Source of the DNA: Nymphaea colorata
Taxonomy: Eukaryota
Assembly (NCBI RefSeq): GCF_008831285.2
Contig: NC_045138.2
Location: 24,366,001 to 24,430,000, forward strand
Direction: 5' to 3'
DNA length: 64,000 bases
Of the stretch, positions 49,645 to 63,101 are shown in pieces (positions within the stretch are counted from its first letter, which is position 1; each line of letters opens with the position of its first letter). Made by a program: the position numbers and the translations under genes. Below the pieces are notes generated by a model. That model did not search any database and was not told the DNA's origin. It saw only the letters and a list, made by a program, of their open reading frames with translations.

Positions 49645-50905
49645 TTTCTAGTCTTTCAAACAGATGGTGAACAGACACATTAAATGATACTAATGATGAC
49701 AAAGAGAGCATGACGCCCACATACAACTTGCAGCAGCAACACTTGAAACTTTCCATAAGAGACCCCTTGACCAAGTCAAAAAGATCGACAAGAACAAGAG
49801 AAGAGCTAGATAAAAGGACAAATCATATAAGCTGAATGACTGCTTGAGAGTGTGAAATAAACTCAATAAATCATATCACAATACAAATTCTCCAGAAAAA
49901 ATAAAGCTAGTATAAAATAACCATACTGAACAGACATCAATACTCACTCACAGGATGTGCAGAGAAAGTGCAACATCGTTGAGCAGAGCTTTGAAGCGTC
50001 AGAACAGTTTTACTCGCCAGATTCTCAGCAACTCAGACTGGAACGCATGCAATGGTTCCCATCAGACCAATCCAAGCAAGGATAATGTACTCATCGTAAG
50101 ATAGCTAATACGAATTCTAATGAAAAAACTCAACCTTGATTTTGCCTCCATCGCGTCAATTCTATATGAATATGAACCCTCAGCAACTCCAGAGTGAAAA
50201 ATCTGTGCGTGTATGAAGATTTGGACACGATATACCTCCATGAGAACTATAGTATCTGTATCATCTTCTTGTTCATCTCCACACTTTACTTGATGTCATA
50301 CATTCCAGAAATATATGGCGCATTTTTTTTCTGGAACAGGTTCCATCTTGCCTGATTAAAGATTGATAAGGCCAACGAGTACTTATTTTTCCCTATCGAT
50401 TGAAGCAAAAAACAAGAAGCTCCTGCCATATGGGGTCCTATAAGATCACTTCCTTTGTGGTGATGTACGCCATTCCATAATAGACAACATCGAGTGGACA
50501 TACAAGGAATGTAATATTTAACAAGACTCTTCACTGCTGATAACTTTTTGAAAGCACTCTCCATGCAACTAAAGGCCATCCTGGAACCACTGCTTTCAGC
50601 ACAAATGATAGTATGAATTAGAAAGAGTCCTTCCCAAGTCGTACAAGCTATCAAGAGCAATAATTATTTTATACAGCCAAGGATTTTTTGCAGTAGTCTT
50701 TCTTGTACTTAACTTTATGATGGACCATAAATTATCTCCTGCCAGAACTTGCAAAATTTGATGGTAAAGATTAATATGCATCGCCATAGAATATTGCTGA
50801 CAAGGCTTCAGTATCAGCGACGTTTTAAAAGATTATATCCATATTCTGCGTTCACTTCCCCATTTTGCAGCACAACACAAGTATCTTGTAGTATTCATCT
50901 GAAGG

Positions 50906-53899
50906 TTATGATGGTGAACCATTTTCCACGTTAGTTTCCTCCTCTGGTTGAGTATAGGAGTCAAACCATCTTTCCTGATTGACCAAGTCTGCAAGATCCC
51001 GTTTACCTAGATTTCTATATGCATCCACAAGGGCGTTTAAGAGTGACGCACTTTGTCCTATTTCTCCAGATTTCATCTGCCTATGTATCCGCTTAACACC
51101 TTCTATTAGTCCAGCTCTTCCATAGCATGTCACCAGATTAATATAAGTCATTGTATCTGCTTCAAGACCCTCATCTTGCATCTTCATAAAGAAATTTAAC
51201 GCTTTATCTACTTCACCAGAAGCTACAAATGCATAAATCAGAACATTGTATGCACGAACATCAAGTTTAGCTTCAGCAATCATGATGCTTTCGCAATAGT
51301 TTTGTGCATGTGAATGCATTCCGACCGCAGAGAAGAGCAAGGTTATTATTGCCTGTTTAGAATATGGTTTCCTGTCCTTGTACAACATGACAAGCTGACT
51401 TGTAGCTTCAATTGGAAGGCAACTCTTTTTCAACGCAGTGAAAATCGCCTTGAAAGTGGTATTGTTTGGAGAGATCTTTTTCACCAACATTTGATGTAAG
51501 ACCTCTGCACACTCTTTCAATTGTCCACTGGTAGAAAATGTAGACATGACTGCATTATAACAAGCAGAATCTGCAAGCAAGTTTGACTGTCGCATTTCTT
51601 GAGCAACTTCAACTGCATCATCGACCATGCCCATGTTCTTGTACAGATGCATCATAGTGGTGAAGGAAACCCCATCAACAGAACCTTCGGCTCTTAGGTT
51701 GTCAAAAACTGACTTGGCTTCATGTACCATCCCAAGCTCAGAATAAAGTCGGATCATGCTATTTGAAGCAATAACGTCTGGGCCAACATCCAAATCGAGC
51801 ATCTTTTTGTATAGTTCCTGTGCTTCTCTCCAAGAACCTATCTTACTGTATGCTTTGATGAGAGAGGTATACACAACCTGATTAGTTTTTAATCCTGATT
51901 CTTCCATCACGTGGAAGTAATGAAGAGCTTCTTCAACTTTTCCAGCTTCAGCAAATGCATTAATCAAAGACCCATAGACAATTTCATTGGGGTCGATTCC
52001 TGCTCTTATCATCTGCCGATATACATCTACTGCTTCAGCAGCTCGACTATCACGGGCATACCTAGCAATGACAGCACAGAAAGTTTCACGAGATGGTCTA
52101 AACCCTGATTCTTGCATTCTTGTTAAGAAATCTCCTGCAGCATCAGCTGATTCTCCATCTGATAGCATTTGGATTAGTGAATTGTAGGTACATTCATCTG
52201 GCCAAGCACCATGACATCTCATGCTCTCGAACACAGAAAGTGCTTTGTCATGCAGATTAGCAATTCCATAGGCTTTGATCATAACATTGCATTCCATTGT
52301 CTCCATCTTCTTTTCTGACTCCCTCCTGCCCAAGAACATAGCCTCTGCTTCCTTCCATAACCCCTTCTCAGCATAAGCATCCAAAACAGCAGCATGGTTC
52401 ATGGAGGAAAGCCCACGTACTCGTTGATAGCCTTCAAGAAACTCCTTGGCACGATCAAGCTGCCCCAAGTCTATGTACATCTGAATGATTACAGGTACCG
52501 ACTGCTCATCAATACTAATACCAGATTGCTCCATTTCCTCCAACACTAACTCTAATTCCGCAACCATCTTCCTCTGACCAAATGCCTGCAATATAGTCCT
52601 ATATGTCACAACGTTAGGTAAGAGACCCATTCCGTTAATTTTCCTATAGAACTTTAGCATGTTATCCATGTCTCCAGCAGTTGCATATAAGCCTATAAAT
52701 GTGTTGAGCGTAGTTGTATCTGGAGAAACACCTCTTTCTTCCATTTTACACAGTAAAGCCTCTGCTTCGTCCATGTTCCCATGGGATCCACAAGTATAAA
52801 TCATTGTGTTGAATGTTACCTTATCAGGAACCACACCAGACCTCAACATCTCCGCAAAGGCATTTGATGCGTCCTTGAGACGCCCGGCCTTCCCATATAG
52901 GTCGATCAATGTATTGTATGTAGCAGCAAGTTTCGGTTTGCGAATTGCAACCATTTGGTCCGTGCTAGAATCAGTCAGGTTGCTTACCTTGTTTGAGTTC
53001 CTGCCGTTGAAATGATCAGATAATCGTGGTCGACCAGCCTTGAAGAGCTCCGTCGACAAGAAATACTTGGGACCGATCTCCGCATCAGCCGTACAGATGT
53101 TCAACTGGTCCAAATCCATCTTTCCAACACACCAGTTCTTGAAAAACCGCTCGGCCTGATCAAATTCACCTGCTTCCTTCAGAACATGCACCGCAGTGTT
53201 CATGGTAACCTCGTCAGGGAATATTTCCCTGATCTTCATGTGTCTGAGCCATTCAAGTGCCTCTTTCGGTAAACCACCCTTGGCATACACATCAATCAGC
53301 GTTGCATAAGTATTGTTTGTGGGCAAGACCTCGTCTGCGGCCATCTCAATCCAACAAAGTCGTAATTGATCCCATTTCTGTGCTCTTCCCAGAATTCTAA
53401 GGACAATATTGTAGTGTATAACATTGGCAACGTAGTCTTCCTGAGACTTGAACCACCGGAATACCAGAAGTGCTGTATTCCAATCATGCTGCTCTTTAAG
53501 AACGACGGTCTGTTCCTTTGGGCTGAGCTTTCCAACCCAAGGCCTCAAGGCGTTGCTCACGTCACTGTCAACCTCCAAAGAGCGTAACACTGACGGTATG
53601 CAACCACCATATCTCTTCTTTCTTACTTTGCTCACTCCCCTTTCCGAGAACTGGGTCCTCGTGTGGCAGCATAGCCTAAACCCTTGCGAGACGCAAGATT
53701 TTCTAGGGAAAACATGCGCGGGTTTCCTGGATACTGGAAGAGAAAGGAAGGAGATGAGTGGTAGTCGAACTCACAGGGAGAAAGTTAGGAAAGGAGATAA
53801 GTGGTAGTCGAACTTACAAGGAGAAAGTTTGGGACCTTGAGCACAAGCCTGCAGGCATCGATGGCCATGTTGCAGGGAGGAGAAATGGTGAACCGTCAT
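50906..53899 (-). CDS. P-class PPR protein (~969 aa), resembles Arabidopsis At1g73710
   Basis: Long ORF of 35-aa P repeats with LSPKEQTVVLKEQ, NVIHYNIVLRILGRAQKWDQLRLCWIEM, PTNNTY. Model: exon 53899-53818, 84-nt intron 53817-53734 (GTAAGT..CAG), exon 53733-50906; 2910 nt in frame. The 5' model is inferred; orthology from recall. Confidence 0.9.
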
Positions 53900-54662
53900 A
53901 CAGACTTCCGGGCGTCCTCTAGGGCGTTGAGGTGATTATAAGCTTGGCCGTGCCGTTCCCCTTCCCGCTGCCCCCCGTGCAGCTGCAACCGCGAAACCTC
54001 CGTCCACGACTCTTTAAATTAATAAAAGCCAAGCCAAACGTGACCCCTCCGACTCGTTCAAAGCAGGTCGGATCGGCATCCCGACTGCATTCTGGTCCCA
54101 TCTCACATCTGAGGTCCAGCGCCAGCCGTTTATGCCTCTAATATGTGGGTTGTTTGAAAATTTTATAAAAATACATTCAACTTTTAAAGGAGAAAAACAC
54201 ATATTATACATAAAAGATGTCGAACGATAGACGACCTAATTCGGGCAGCGACAAACATGTAAAAAATCCGTTCTTGGACATTTATGACTTAAAATCCAAG
54301 AAAGACAGTCATGTGAAGATTATTCCCATCATACTGTACACCATGTTAACATTTCTTTACAGGAGAAGAAAGCTTCCTCCGCGCTTTTAAGGTCCGATAT
54401 GAACAACCCGAGGAAGACCCATAGATGCGAGACATGTTAAGTTCAACTGTGCAATTGAAGTATTGCATACTCTGAAGGAAATGGGCTATTTTCCTCTACG
54501 ATTTTGAACGAACACATTCAACGGCAAAGTCACAATCCACGTGAAACTATCTTTGATCTCCATGGGACGTTGATCTCGGATAACTTGCGTTACTGAAACG
54601 GTTTCCCTAGTCTACTGGAGACCGTACCCAACTCTATCCTGGAACATGAATGGTCTTTTAAC

Positions 54663-54760
54663 GGGGCTGTTTGGCAATTGGAACAAATTGCTTCATAAAT
54701 GATAAATTTACCATAAGATTCATCGACAGTATGTGACTGTTCCCCTTGTCAAACGACCCC
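54663..54760. mobile_element. Short Tourist/PIF-like MITE remnant
   Basis: TIRs ggggctgtttggcaa / ttgtcaaacgacccc; TTA/TAA two bases outside each end. Confidence 0.5.
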
Positions 54761-55193
54761 GGTAATCGTTAGCCCTCGTCCTTTAGCAACACTATCATGA
54801 GTAGAAAAAGTATGTGACTGCTTCATAAGGAAACTTGCTGCTGGTCCAACTCTGTTTATGATGAAATGTCCGGTGCAAGTGCTTTACACATTCATTACAT
54901 AAATTGTAAACCAAGATAGTACAAACAGCGTCAAAGAATTCATTCAGAAACAACTTTCAGGAACAGGAAACCTGGAGACAATTTACCTAAGAGAGAAAAA
55001 TCACTTCAAACAAATTATAGAATTTGGTAACTACAGTGTTCTGTTTGTTTAGACCTATTTCTCTGCACAGAAGAAAAAGAAAAGAAAAGAAAGAAAATGA
55101 TACACAACCCTATCATGGGAAGCAGAGAACCTCAAACAGCTCTCAAGAGTTCAACGTCATCATATGAAAGAAGCTGTTCCTGTCCATCAACCT

Positions 55194-58100
55194 CTACAAT
55201 GCAGCCCTTGCTGCACCACGTGCAGCTTCACGCTTCATCTCAGCGGCTTTCCCGCTGCCTCTGAAGTACATATACACTTGCTGCTCGGATGCACATACAC
55301 ACACACACACACACACAAAAAAACGGGATGAGAAAAAGCAAGCAGCTGGGGAAAGTAGAATTTCAGCAATGAAGAAAGAAACTGATCACCAAGTTAAGGT
55401 ATACCTGAATCACCCAGATGCTGAGGAGGGATTCTAAGCAGAATAACGCAAAACCAACAAAGTACAGAATCTGATCCAGATGTAGCAGACAATCTTTAGT
55501 TTAGGAAAAGAAGGAAAAGGCCACCAAGAATCTAGCAGACAGGTCCTCAATGCAACAAGCAGGAAATAGAAATACTACCCATGTGATGAAGCAAAAAAAA
55601 AAAAAATCTCGTCCATAGACACACGAAAAGGGAAAATTGAATTAAATTTTTTTATGATCTGTTTAAATGGAAGCAAAACAGCAAATCGTGTATCTGTCAC
55701 TGCAACAGCTATTTGCTTCCAATCAAACACAAAATGTGATCTCAAGTTTGACGAGCAAACAGTCCAGATCACATGGTGTTGCACACCACTTAATTATATG
55801 CTAATAAGCATCCATTGGCTTGAAGCGATGAGTAACTACAACTGAACCATAGATAAAAAGAATATACCCCAATTATGATGTGTGGGCTCATCAAATCAAT
55901 GGCTGGTAGGATACCACTGGTCAACAGAAAATCTAGAGATCAGAAGAGATCAAGTAAACCCAAAACCAATTAAATGTTCATACTTACACCAACAGCGAAT
56001 GTGAAAGTTAAACAATGGAAAAACATTGTAACACCTTAAAGAATGCCCATTAAACATTCTCAAATTCAAGTACACTTAAGATATTTAACCTACTGAAGAA
56101 TTATTTGCATATACACATACAGCTATGACAACTGAGAGCATAGTGTGCATACAAAGAAGCCTATCCACATTCAAAAAGCCTCCACTGCCAAACGTACACC
56201 CCAAAATTTTTTGTGTTTCTGTTCCATAATACTTACCACTGATTTGTGCAGTCTAGCCCAATATTATGTCCAGATTGGGAGGTGTCCAACTAATAGGACA
56301 GGAGATTGAATAGCTTGACTGGATACTCATAAGGACTGGGCCAGAACATGAGCAAAAGACAAGGTAATAGACTGGCTCTCGTGGCCAGCATGAAGTTGGG
56401 TTCTGAGTTTCTAGAGGTTTTTATTTTTTATTGAACATTATTGGAGACAAGTGTTTGAAGCATCAAAAAGAAGAAACCTTGCAGCTGGCAACAGATCCGA
56501 TGCTGTATGAACAGACCTTCACCTGATCTAAAAGCTAAACGGTGATAATTATCTTACAGGTTTTAGCCTGTAGCCAAGAGATTATCAGGTAAGTAAGGAA
56601 TGCAAGGAAACAAAGTGCCAACATGTCCCTCTCTTGTTGAGAATGGAAGTTATGACTTTTGAATCTAAGAAAGATGATCTTCAATGCCATACTATACGAT
56701 AAATGTCACCAGACTCACCACATCTATATGTATATGCATGAGCACATTCCCTCCCCCCTCCCCGCCACGCCCCCACCCCACCCCCACCACCCCACCCCCA
56801 AAAAAAAAAAAAAAAAAAAAAACTAAGGAATTAAGTCAAATTATGACAATGTAGACACACTAGTAAAAATATTAAGCAATGGCACATCAAACAGTCAAGA
56901 TTTGATTGTGTTCACTAAAGATCTGAATTTCAAATCATATTCCACAACAGTAGCTTTTTTTTTTTTTTTGGCAGCAAACAGGCTGGGGAGACCCCTTCCA
57001 TTTATTGAGAATCAAATCTTATTGCAAACTTGCATCTTAGAAATAAAAAAAATATACATGTATCACATAAAATTCTTGTGGGCACACACATATTATAATT
57101 CCAGATATACTAAAGTCTAAATGTGATCGAACAAGACAGACAAAGATGGTATGTCCAATGCAGAAAGTGTGACTATTTAATATTGAGAAAGAAAGTAGCT
57201 AAATTTTTCTCAAACATAAACATTTTAAGTCAATGTGCGTAACTAACCATAAAGATCAGATTCCAAGTAAGAGAAGGAGAATTTTAAAAGATCTTCACTA
57301 ATACTATAAAAAACGTCACAGTTATTTGTTAACCAACTCCAATAATGCTACTTTTACAGGCTACTAGAGGAAGAACAATGGCTCAAATTTATACCATGTG
57401 TAACAATAGGAAGCGAATTAAAATTACTTACGCCAAGGATTTTCCTTTAAAGACAACTGGAGGAGCCACCGCAGCGAAAATGACAAATGCAATGTGAAGC
57501 TGGAGGGGTGTGGCAAGGAATTTATTACTATTTTTAGCCAAGAAAACTGATGCATTTAGAAAAAAATCTGTAAATTTAGTGACTACATTACCATGTAGAA
57601 AAGGAAAAACCAACTAAACTTCAAAGCACTTTCTGTCCTGCAAAGATGATGATTGAACCAAAAATATCCATCATACTCATGGAACTCCATGAAAGGAGGC
57701 TTCTCACAATTTATATATGAAAATGAATGGGATAAGAAGGCAAGGTTGACCTCATGGCCCGATATAGGGGGCGATACCACAAAACATAAGCTCCTGGAAC
57801 CCCAGCTACAAAGTATATGACCGCAAGCAACCATATCTTAACACCTAAGGAGTGAAGTAATCAACAGACAAAAATAAAAAATCCAATTATTATTGAATTT
57901 CATTGAAAAATTAATGCAAAATAGAAAGTCTATTTGGCATGGTATGTTAAAGGAGTGTTAAGCAACCTTCTCCTCTAATCCAGGCACCTGTAACTGCTAC
58001 TACATTCCACAGGAGACACAAGACCATGCCTGCACGTTAGGAAGAGCTCATTAATGCGATTAACTTTTATAAGTACTCAATTTAATTAGATCAAGTTTGT

Positions 58101-61100
58101 CATAGAACCAACTGGGGCCAAACTAATAGTTTCTGGGTCTGGCTTTATAAGAGCGGTCCAATAAGATGTGGGGTTCATGAGTCCTGCTTACTACAGAGAC
58201 AGGTAGTCCAAGAAAATTCATCTGGAACCTGGTGTCCAATACTAGTTCCAATTAAGATCCATAATCAGAATAAAAGGAAAAAAAAACTACTGCATCAGAT
58301 ACGGAACTGAGACTGGAAGTATAGTCTTAAAAATCACAGTATCATTATTCCTACATTAGATCCAGACAGCTGCATATCCTGGGTCCATTGTAAGTCCAAA
58401 ATACCTTATACCTTGGAGGTGAAGTTTTCCAACCCATTTACAAAAAATCGGAGATATATGTAGATGCAGAGGCATGCATGCGAACATCCACAAGTCACAG
58501 AAACAATTAAAACAACATATTTATCACTCTCCCAAGGCATTGAATTTGCAATCCAAATGTACACATAGAGCAGTAAGAATCTTTTTCTCCAGTGCATGTA
58601 TTTGCTCAACTGCCCATGACTTTAATTTATACGATGTGCATAAGAAAAAGAAAACACTTTCAGATATACCTAATTACTCCGTAAATTTAGTTCTTAAAAA
58701 TTGGAAAGGATTTTGGTTAGCTACTATAGTTCTACTTTCGTGATGCTATGACAAAGTATAAACGACATAAGATCAAATATCAGACGACAGGATTTTTTGT
58801 TTTAAGTCTATCTTAATATATGATTACTCAACCATATACAAACAGTCTAAGAATAAGGCTTCTATCTATATAAGAAAGTGAGTTATGCCTTCCACCAATC
58901 CTACCCCTTTGTTTAAGGGAAGCTGGAATATGGTTGACCACGTATGGGTGACCATGAGCTGAGTTTAGCCAGATTAAACTCAGCTCAACATATATATGCG
59001 TAGCTTGAACTGGTCTCAAGTTCCAGTTGAGCTTCAAATGCAAAGCTCAAGCTTAACTGAATTATGCCCTTTCTATGCTATTCTGTATTTTAGCTCACAC
59101 CCATAAAGAAAACATTTAAACAAGGCAGGACTTTAGACAAGATGGAGAAGTACCTAAAAATGATGCAAATGCAAAATACTGCAGCCTCTGTAGATGTATT
59201 GGTATTTCATTTGCGATATCATGGTGAATAAGAGGGAAAAAGGGCGGCCAATTTCTCTCCTCAATCACTATTCCAGCTACAGAAGGACAAAGTAAGAAGC
59301 AATAAATTATCTCCGTACATCATATTAAGCAGCAGCACAAACATTTATTTTTTGAACCAGACATGTAAATGAAGACAAGAAATTGTACCTCGTGCAGCTG
59401 CATCTTCCCTTCGTTTTAGCTCCTGCAACAGAGGAGCAATGCACACCGTAGAATAAGATGAAGCAGAGAATAACCAGTAAAGCACACACTAAAGCATGCA
59501 GACAAACAATTGAACAAACAGATGAAAGTGTACGGCATAAAGGAAGACAAGAATGCATAGGGAAACTTGTAGGTCTGCTACCAATATCCAGATAGGAAAA
59601 CTGGCAGATAATCTCCAAAGAGCTTATTTTTCATTAAATAAAAGGGAATCTACGTGACACGGGTACATCTAATTTGTCCAGGTACCCGTGTCGGTACGTG
59701 GGTACGACGACACGGGTACGTGGATACGGGTCATTTTAAAACATTTAAAAGTATATTTTCAAACTTAATTTTTTCTCTAATTTTGATTTTTCCCTTCTTT
59801 TATATTTCCCTTCCACTAAGATTCTACATTTTCCTCACTTTTCTCAGAATTTTTGTGGATTATAAGACTACTAATGTTTTTTTCTTTCATTTTGTCATTT
59901 TTGAGAATATAAAATTTGTTGTACCCGCGTTACTCACAATTTTCAAAATTGTCGTCCCTGAACCCGTACCCTACCCGCACCCATGTGACATAGAAGGGTA
60001 TCATTAACTGTTCAAGCTTCTCTCAGAACACATGGCTAGCAAGAAGTTGAGTCCCATAATAATTCAACCACACGCTAGTTCTCTGAATATATATGTCATA
60101 AGAGTCATGCGTTCCTTACTGCTACAAATAACATAAACTAGAAAAAAAAAAAAGTCAAAATGCTAGCATGAAAACTATCTGCCCCCACAGAATATTTTGA
60201 TGGAAAATAGGAAACATCTGATGGGCCTGAAAACTTAAGAAACATTACATGGACGGCACTTAAGCCAATCATCATAAGCAAAATGGAACACTGGACGACA
60301 AAACCAAAGTCATGTTTCACAAGGGGAATAGCAAAAGCAAAGAAAAAGCCAAAAGCATAAACCTGAAGCATGACAATATGTTCCAAAAAGTGATCCCATA
60401 ATCAATAAAAAAAGAAATTCAGTTGCAGCTAGTGATTCGAATTCAACAATAGACAAAAATAATGAAGCATCCTGAATCAAGATATGATGAAGAGGCAATC
60501 AAGAAAATGAGATCTAATGACCCATATGAAATATTATGCAGTCCAACTCAAAACATGTGCATGAGTCAATGACCTAGTACAGGATTAAATACGAGCCATG
60601 ACAGACACACCTGCTCTCGTCTCTTCAGTTCTGCCTCTTTAGCTTGCAGTTCCCTCTCTTTCTTCTTCAAATCCTATATATTAGAGAAGAATCACGTTCC
60701 AGAACCTCACTTGATATTACATGATAAATATCACGCTAGCATGCACTTTTGTGATTTTTAACTCTTAAACACAGCATACCTTGCCTGAATCAAGAGGAAT
60801 ATCAACTGTGGCACTTCCAAAATCAACAGGCTCAGGGGGAAGAGGTGAAAGCCTATTCATAGCAGTAGGTGCACTTCCTGGATGCTGAAAGTGCAGAAAT
60901 GTATGAGATGGTATAATTATTTGCTGAAACCATAGTCACAAATAATGTTTCGGAATTTTAAATGGCGATGTTTTTCTCCAGTATAATACGGCAAACTTGA
61001 AAAAAATGGGAAAAATACGGAAAAAATCCAGTAAATGTTTTAAAATTTAAAAAAACTAAAAATAGAGGAAAATAAAATAAGTGAGAAACCAATAACACAA

Positions 61101-62510
61101 ACATCAAAAGATAAGTAGATTTGTAACAAATAAAAAATAGAAAATGAAAAAAAACTGTTTGGCATAAAAAATGAAAACGTGAAAAAAGCGTTTTTTTTTT
61201 TACATTTTTTTCAACGTTTTTTTTTAAGTTTTATATGGCAATTTAATTTCACGTTTTTTTTGTGTTTTTTGTGACACTAGCTGACACACATGCACATATG
61301 CATACAACAAGAGAGAAAGAGAGAGATAAACAAAGTATAGGCAAACATGAGCAACAGCATCAAATGATCCCCAAATATCAACTACACAAACGAGTGGCAC
61401 AATAGATGAGCAACTAATAGACAGGAACTTGAAGACCTCAAACACATGAAGCACGTTAGCAAGCACAACAAGCAGAGTTACCAAGACAAATACCAAAAAA
61501 GGATGTTTAGTCAGCCCAGCTTAGAAAGTGAAAAAAGTATGTGTCCGCTGCATTTTTGTCATTCCTGTAGCTCAAAACAAGTGCTTAAACCTCTTTTGGC
61601 TTCAAATTACTTTCACCTCTGGAACAATGAGTTCTCTTTTTCTATTTTCCCTCCTCAAGAGCCCAGCTCAAACTCACCATGGCTTTACAATGACAAACTC
61701 AAGCTCGAGGTAGGTTCAAAAGGGCAAGGTCTGCCGTTCAGCTTGTTTACTATCGTTGTTGCAATTTGTTATTAAACAAAGAAGCTACAGAACTGAATCA
61801 AATTGCACACAATTTCTTGGAGAACAAAATTTAGGACATGATCAACAGTGAATAAAAAATCCTAGCCGCTGATCTTCCATTCTTTGTGAACTGGAAACTA
61901 ACCCAAATAAGCTGAACCAAGCAGAACACAGAATCAAGTGCATAATGACCACTGGAACTTCTGTGGAAATTATTCAGCTTCTTGTGCATATTCATAAGAA
62001 ACCATGTCTGTGGGGCTTACAAATTTGATTGTGTGTGCATGCATAGACAAGAAATTTTAGTGTCTAAACTTATTTTCTCATGCCTTCACTAGTTTAAAGT
62101 TTTTTTCATTGGGATGTATAATGTGCATGCACATGTGAGTATATGTATGTGTGTGTGTGTGTCAGTGTGTGTGTGTGTACGCGTGTATGTGGAGTCTTTG
62201 GACATAAACAGGGATAATGGAAGCAAATCTGCCAATGCTCCTGTGTATATGATAATTGCAAAATCTATATGATAATTGCTGGGTCATAATAATTCTGGTG
62301 AAGGTTTAAGAATCATCAAGTACCTAAAAAACCTATATACGTGTGGACACATCATTGGATTGGTAAATGAATCCAGCTCACTGCTTAATCGCATCGTTCA
62401 TAAATCAAGCAGTCTGAATTTGGTAAAAATAATGGAAAACTTACCGTTGTGTAAAATGCACCTCCTCCATAATTTTGTTGTCTAGATGCTCCTGCACGAA
62501 CTGCTGGATC
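55194..62510 (-). CDS. SCAMP: Secretory carrier-associated membrane protein (5'-partial; first exon beyond the window)
   Basis: 12 GT-AG exons: 62510-62445, 60884-60780, 60673-60611, 59422-59389, 59276-59154, 58029-57967, 57844-57751, 57637-57592, 57499-57432, 55916-55868, 55470-55405, 55280-55194 (864 nt in frame). Motifs [67 protein letters not shown]. Confidence 0.95.
59650..59993. mobile_element. Non-autonomous hAT-like MITE in a SCAMP intron
   Basis: TIRs ctacgtgacacgggtac / gcacccatgtgacatag (13/17); 8-bp flanks aagggaat / aagggtat; repeated subterminal acgggtac/gtacccg motifs. Confidence 0.8.
60931..61279. mobile_element. Non-autonomous hAT-like MITE (family A, inverted relative to 17984-18350)
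   Basis: Start catagtcacaaataatgtttcggaattttaaatgg matches the reverse complement of the 18350 end; 8-bp flanks gctgaaac / gctgacac. Confidence 0.75.
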
Positions 62511-62896
62511 CTGACAAAAGAAATATATGAGAGATCACTCATGGGACACCATTTCTTCCACATAATGGTACCACCTACCTGTAAAATTGAGGAGCTTTGA
62601 AATACAATTTGAAGTATAAGATTCTATTTTACGACTCACAAAGAGAATGATCACTTAAACATCATGAAAACACAAACTAATCCCACATAAAAGGGATAAA
62701 AGTAAAACTGCACATAATTAATATAATTTTTATTACATTCCTAAAAATGCATATCAACTACAAAGGAAGATCTCAAACAACAAGAGCAGGAGTAGCCATT
62801 GGGAATTGGGAGTGTCCAATTACATTCTTACGGAAGTGCCCTTTGAGCACCCAAAGGAAAAGAAAAATATTACATGCATACATATATATATATAAT

Positions 62897-62956
62897 TAAC
62901 GGTTAATTGTTACCAGCCAAATCTTTTCTCACCACTGACACCTCTCACAAACACAC

Positions 62957-63017
<61 letters not shown>

Positions 63018-63101
63018 CGGTTAATTGTTACCAGCCAAATTTTTTCTCACCACTGACACCTCTGACAAACACACTCACTGACACCTCTCACAAACACACT
63101 G
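62897..63101. repeat. (TA)n microsatellite (~62961-63016) between duplicated ~60 bp units
   Basis: taacggttaattgttaccagccaaat...ctgacacctct.acaaacacact on both sides of the TA run. Confidence 0.9.

Noticed and set aside
53633..53635. ORF-track GTG start for the P-class PPR (also TTG/GTG starts at 3545, 10466, 31197, 44337)
   Set aside because: Prokaryote-style starts; in-frame ATGs at 53899, 3554, 10469, 31257 and 44496 fit better.
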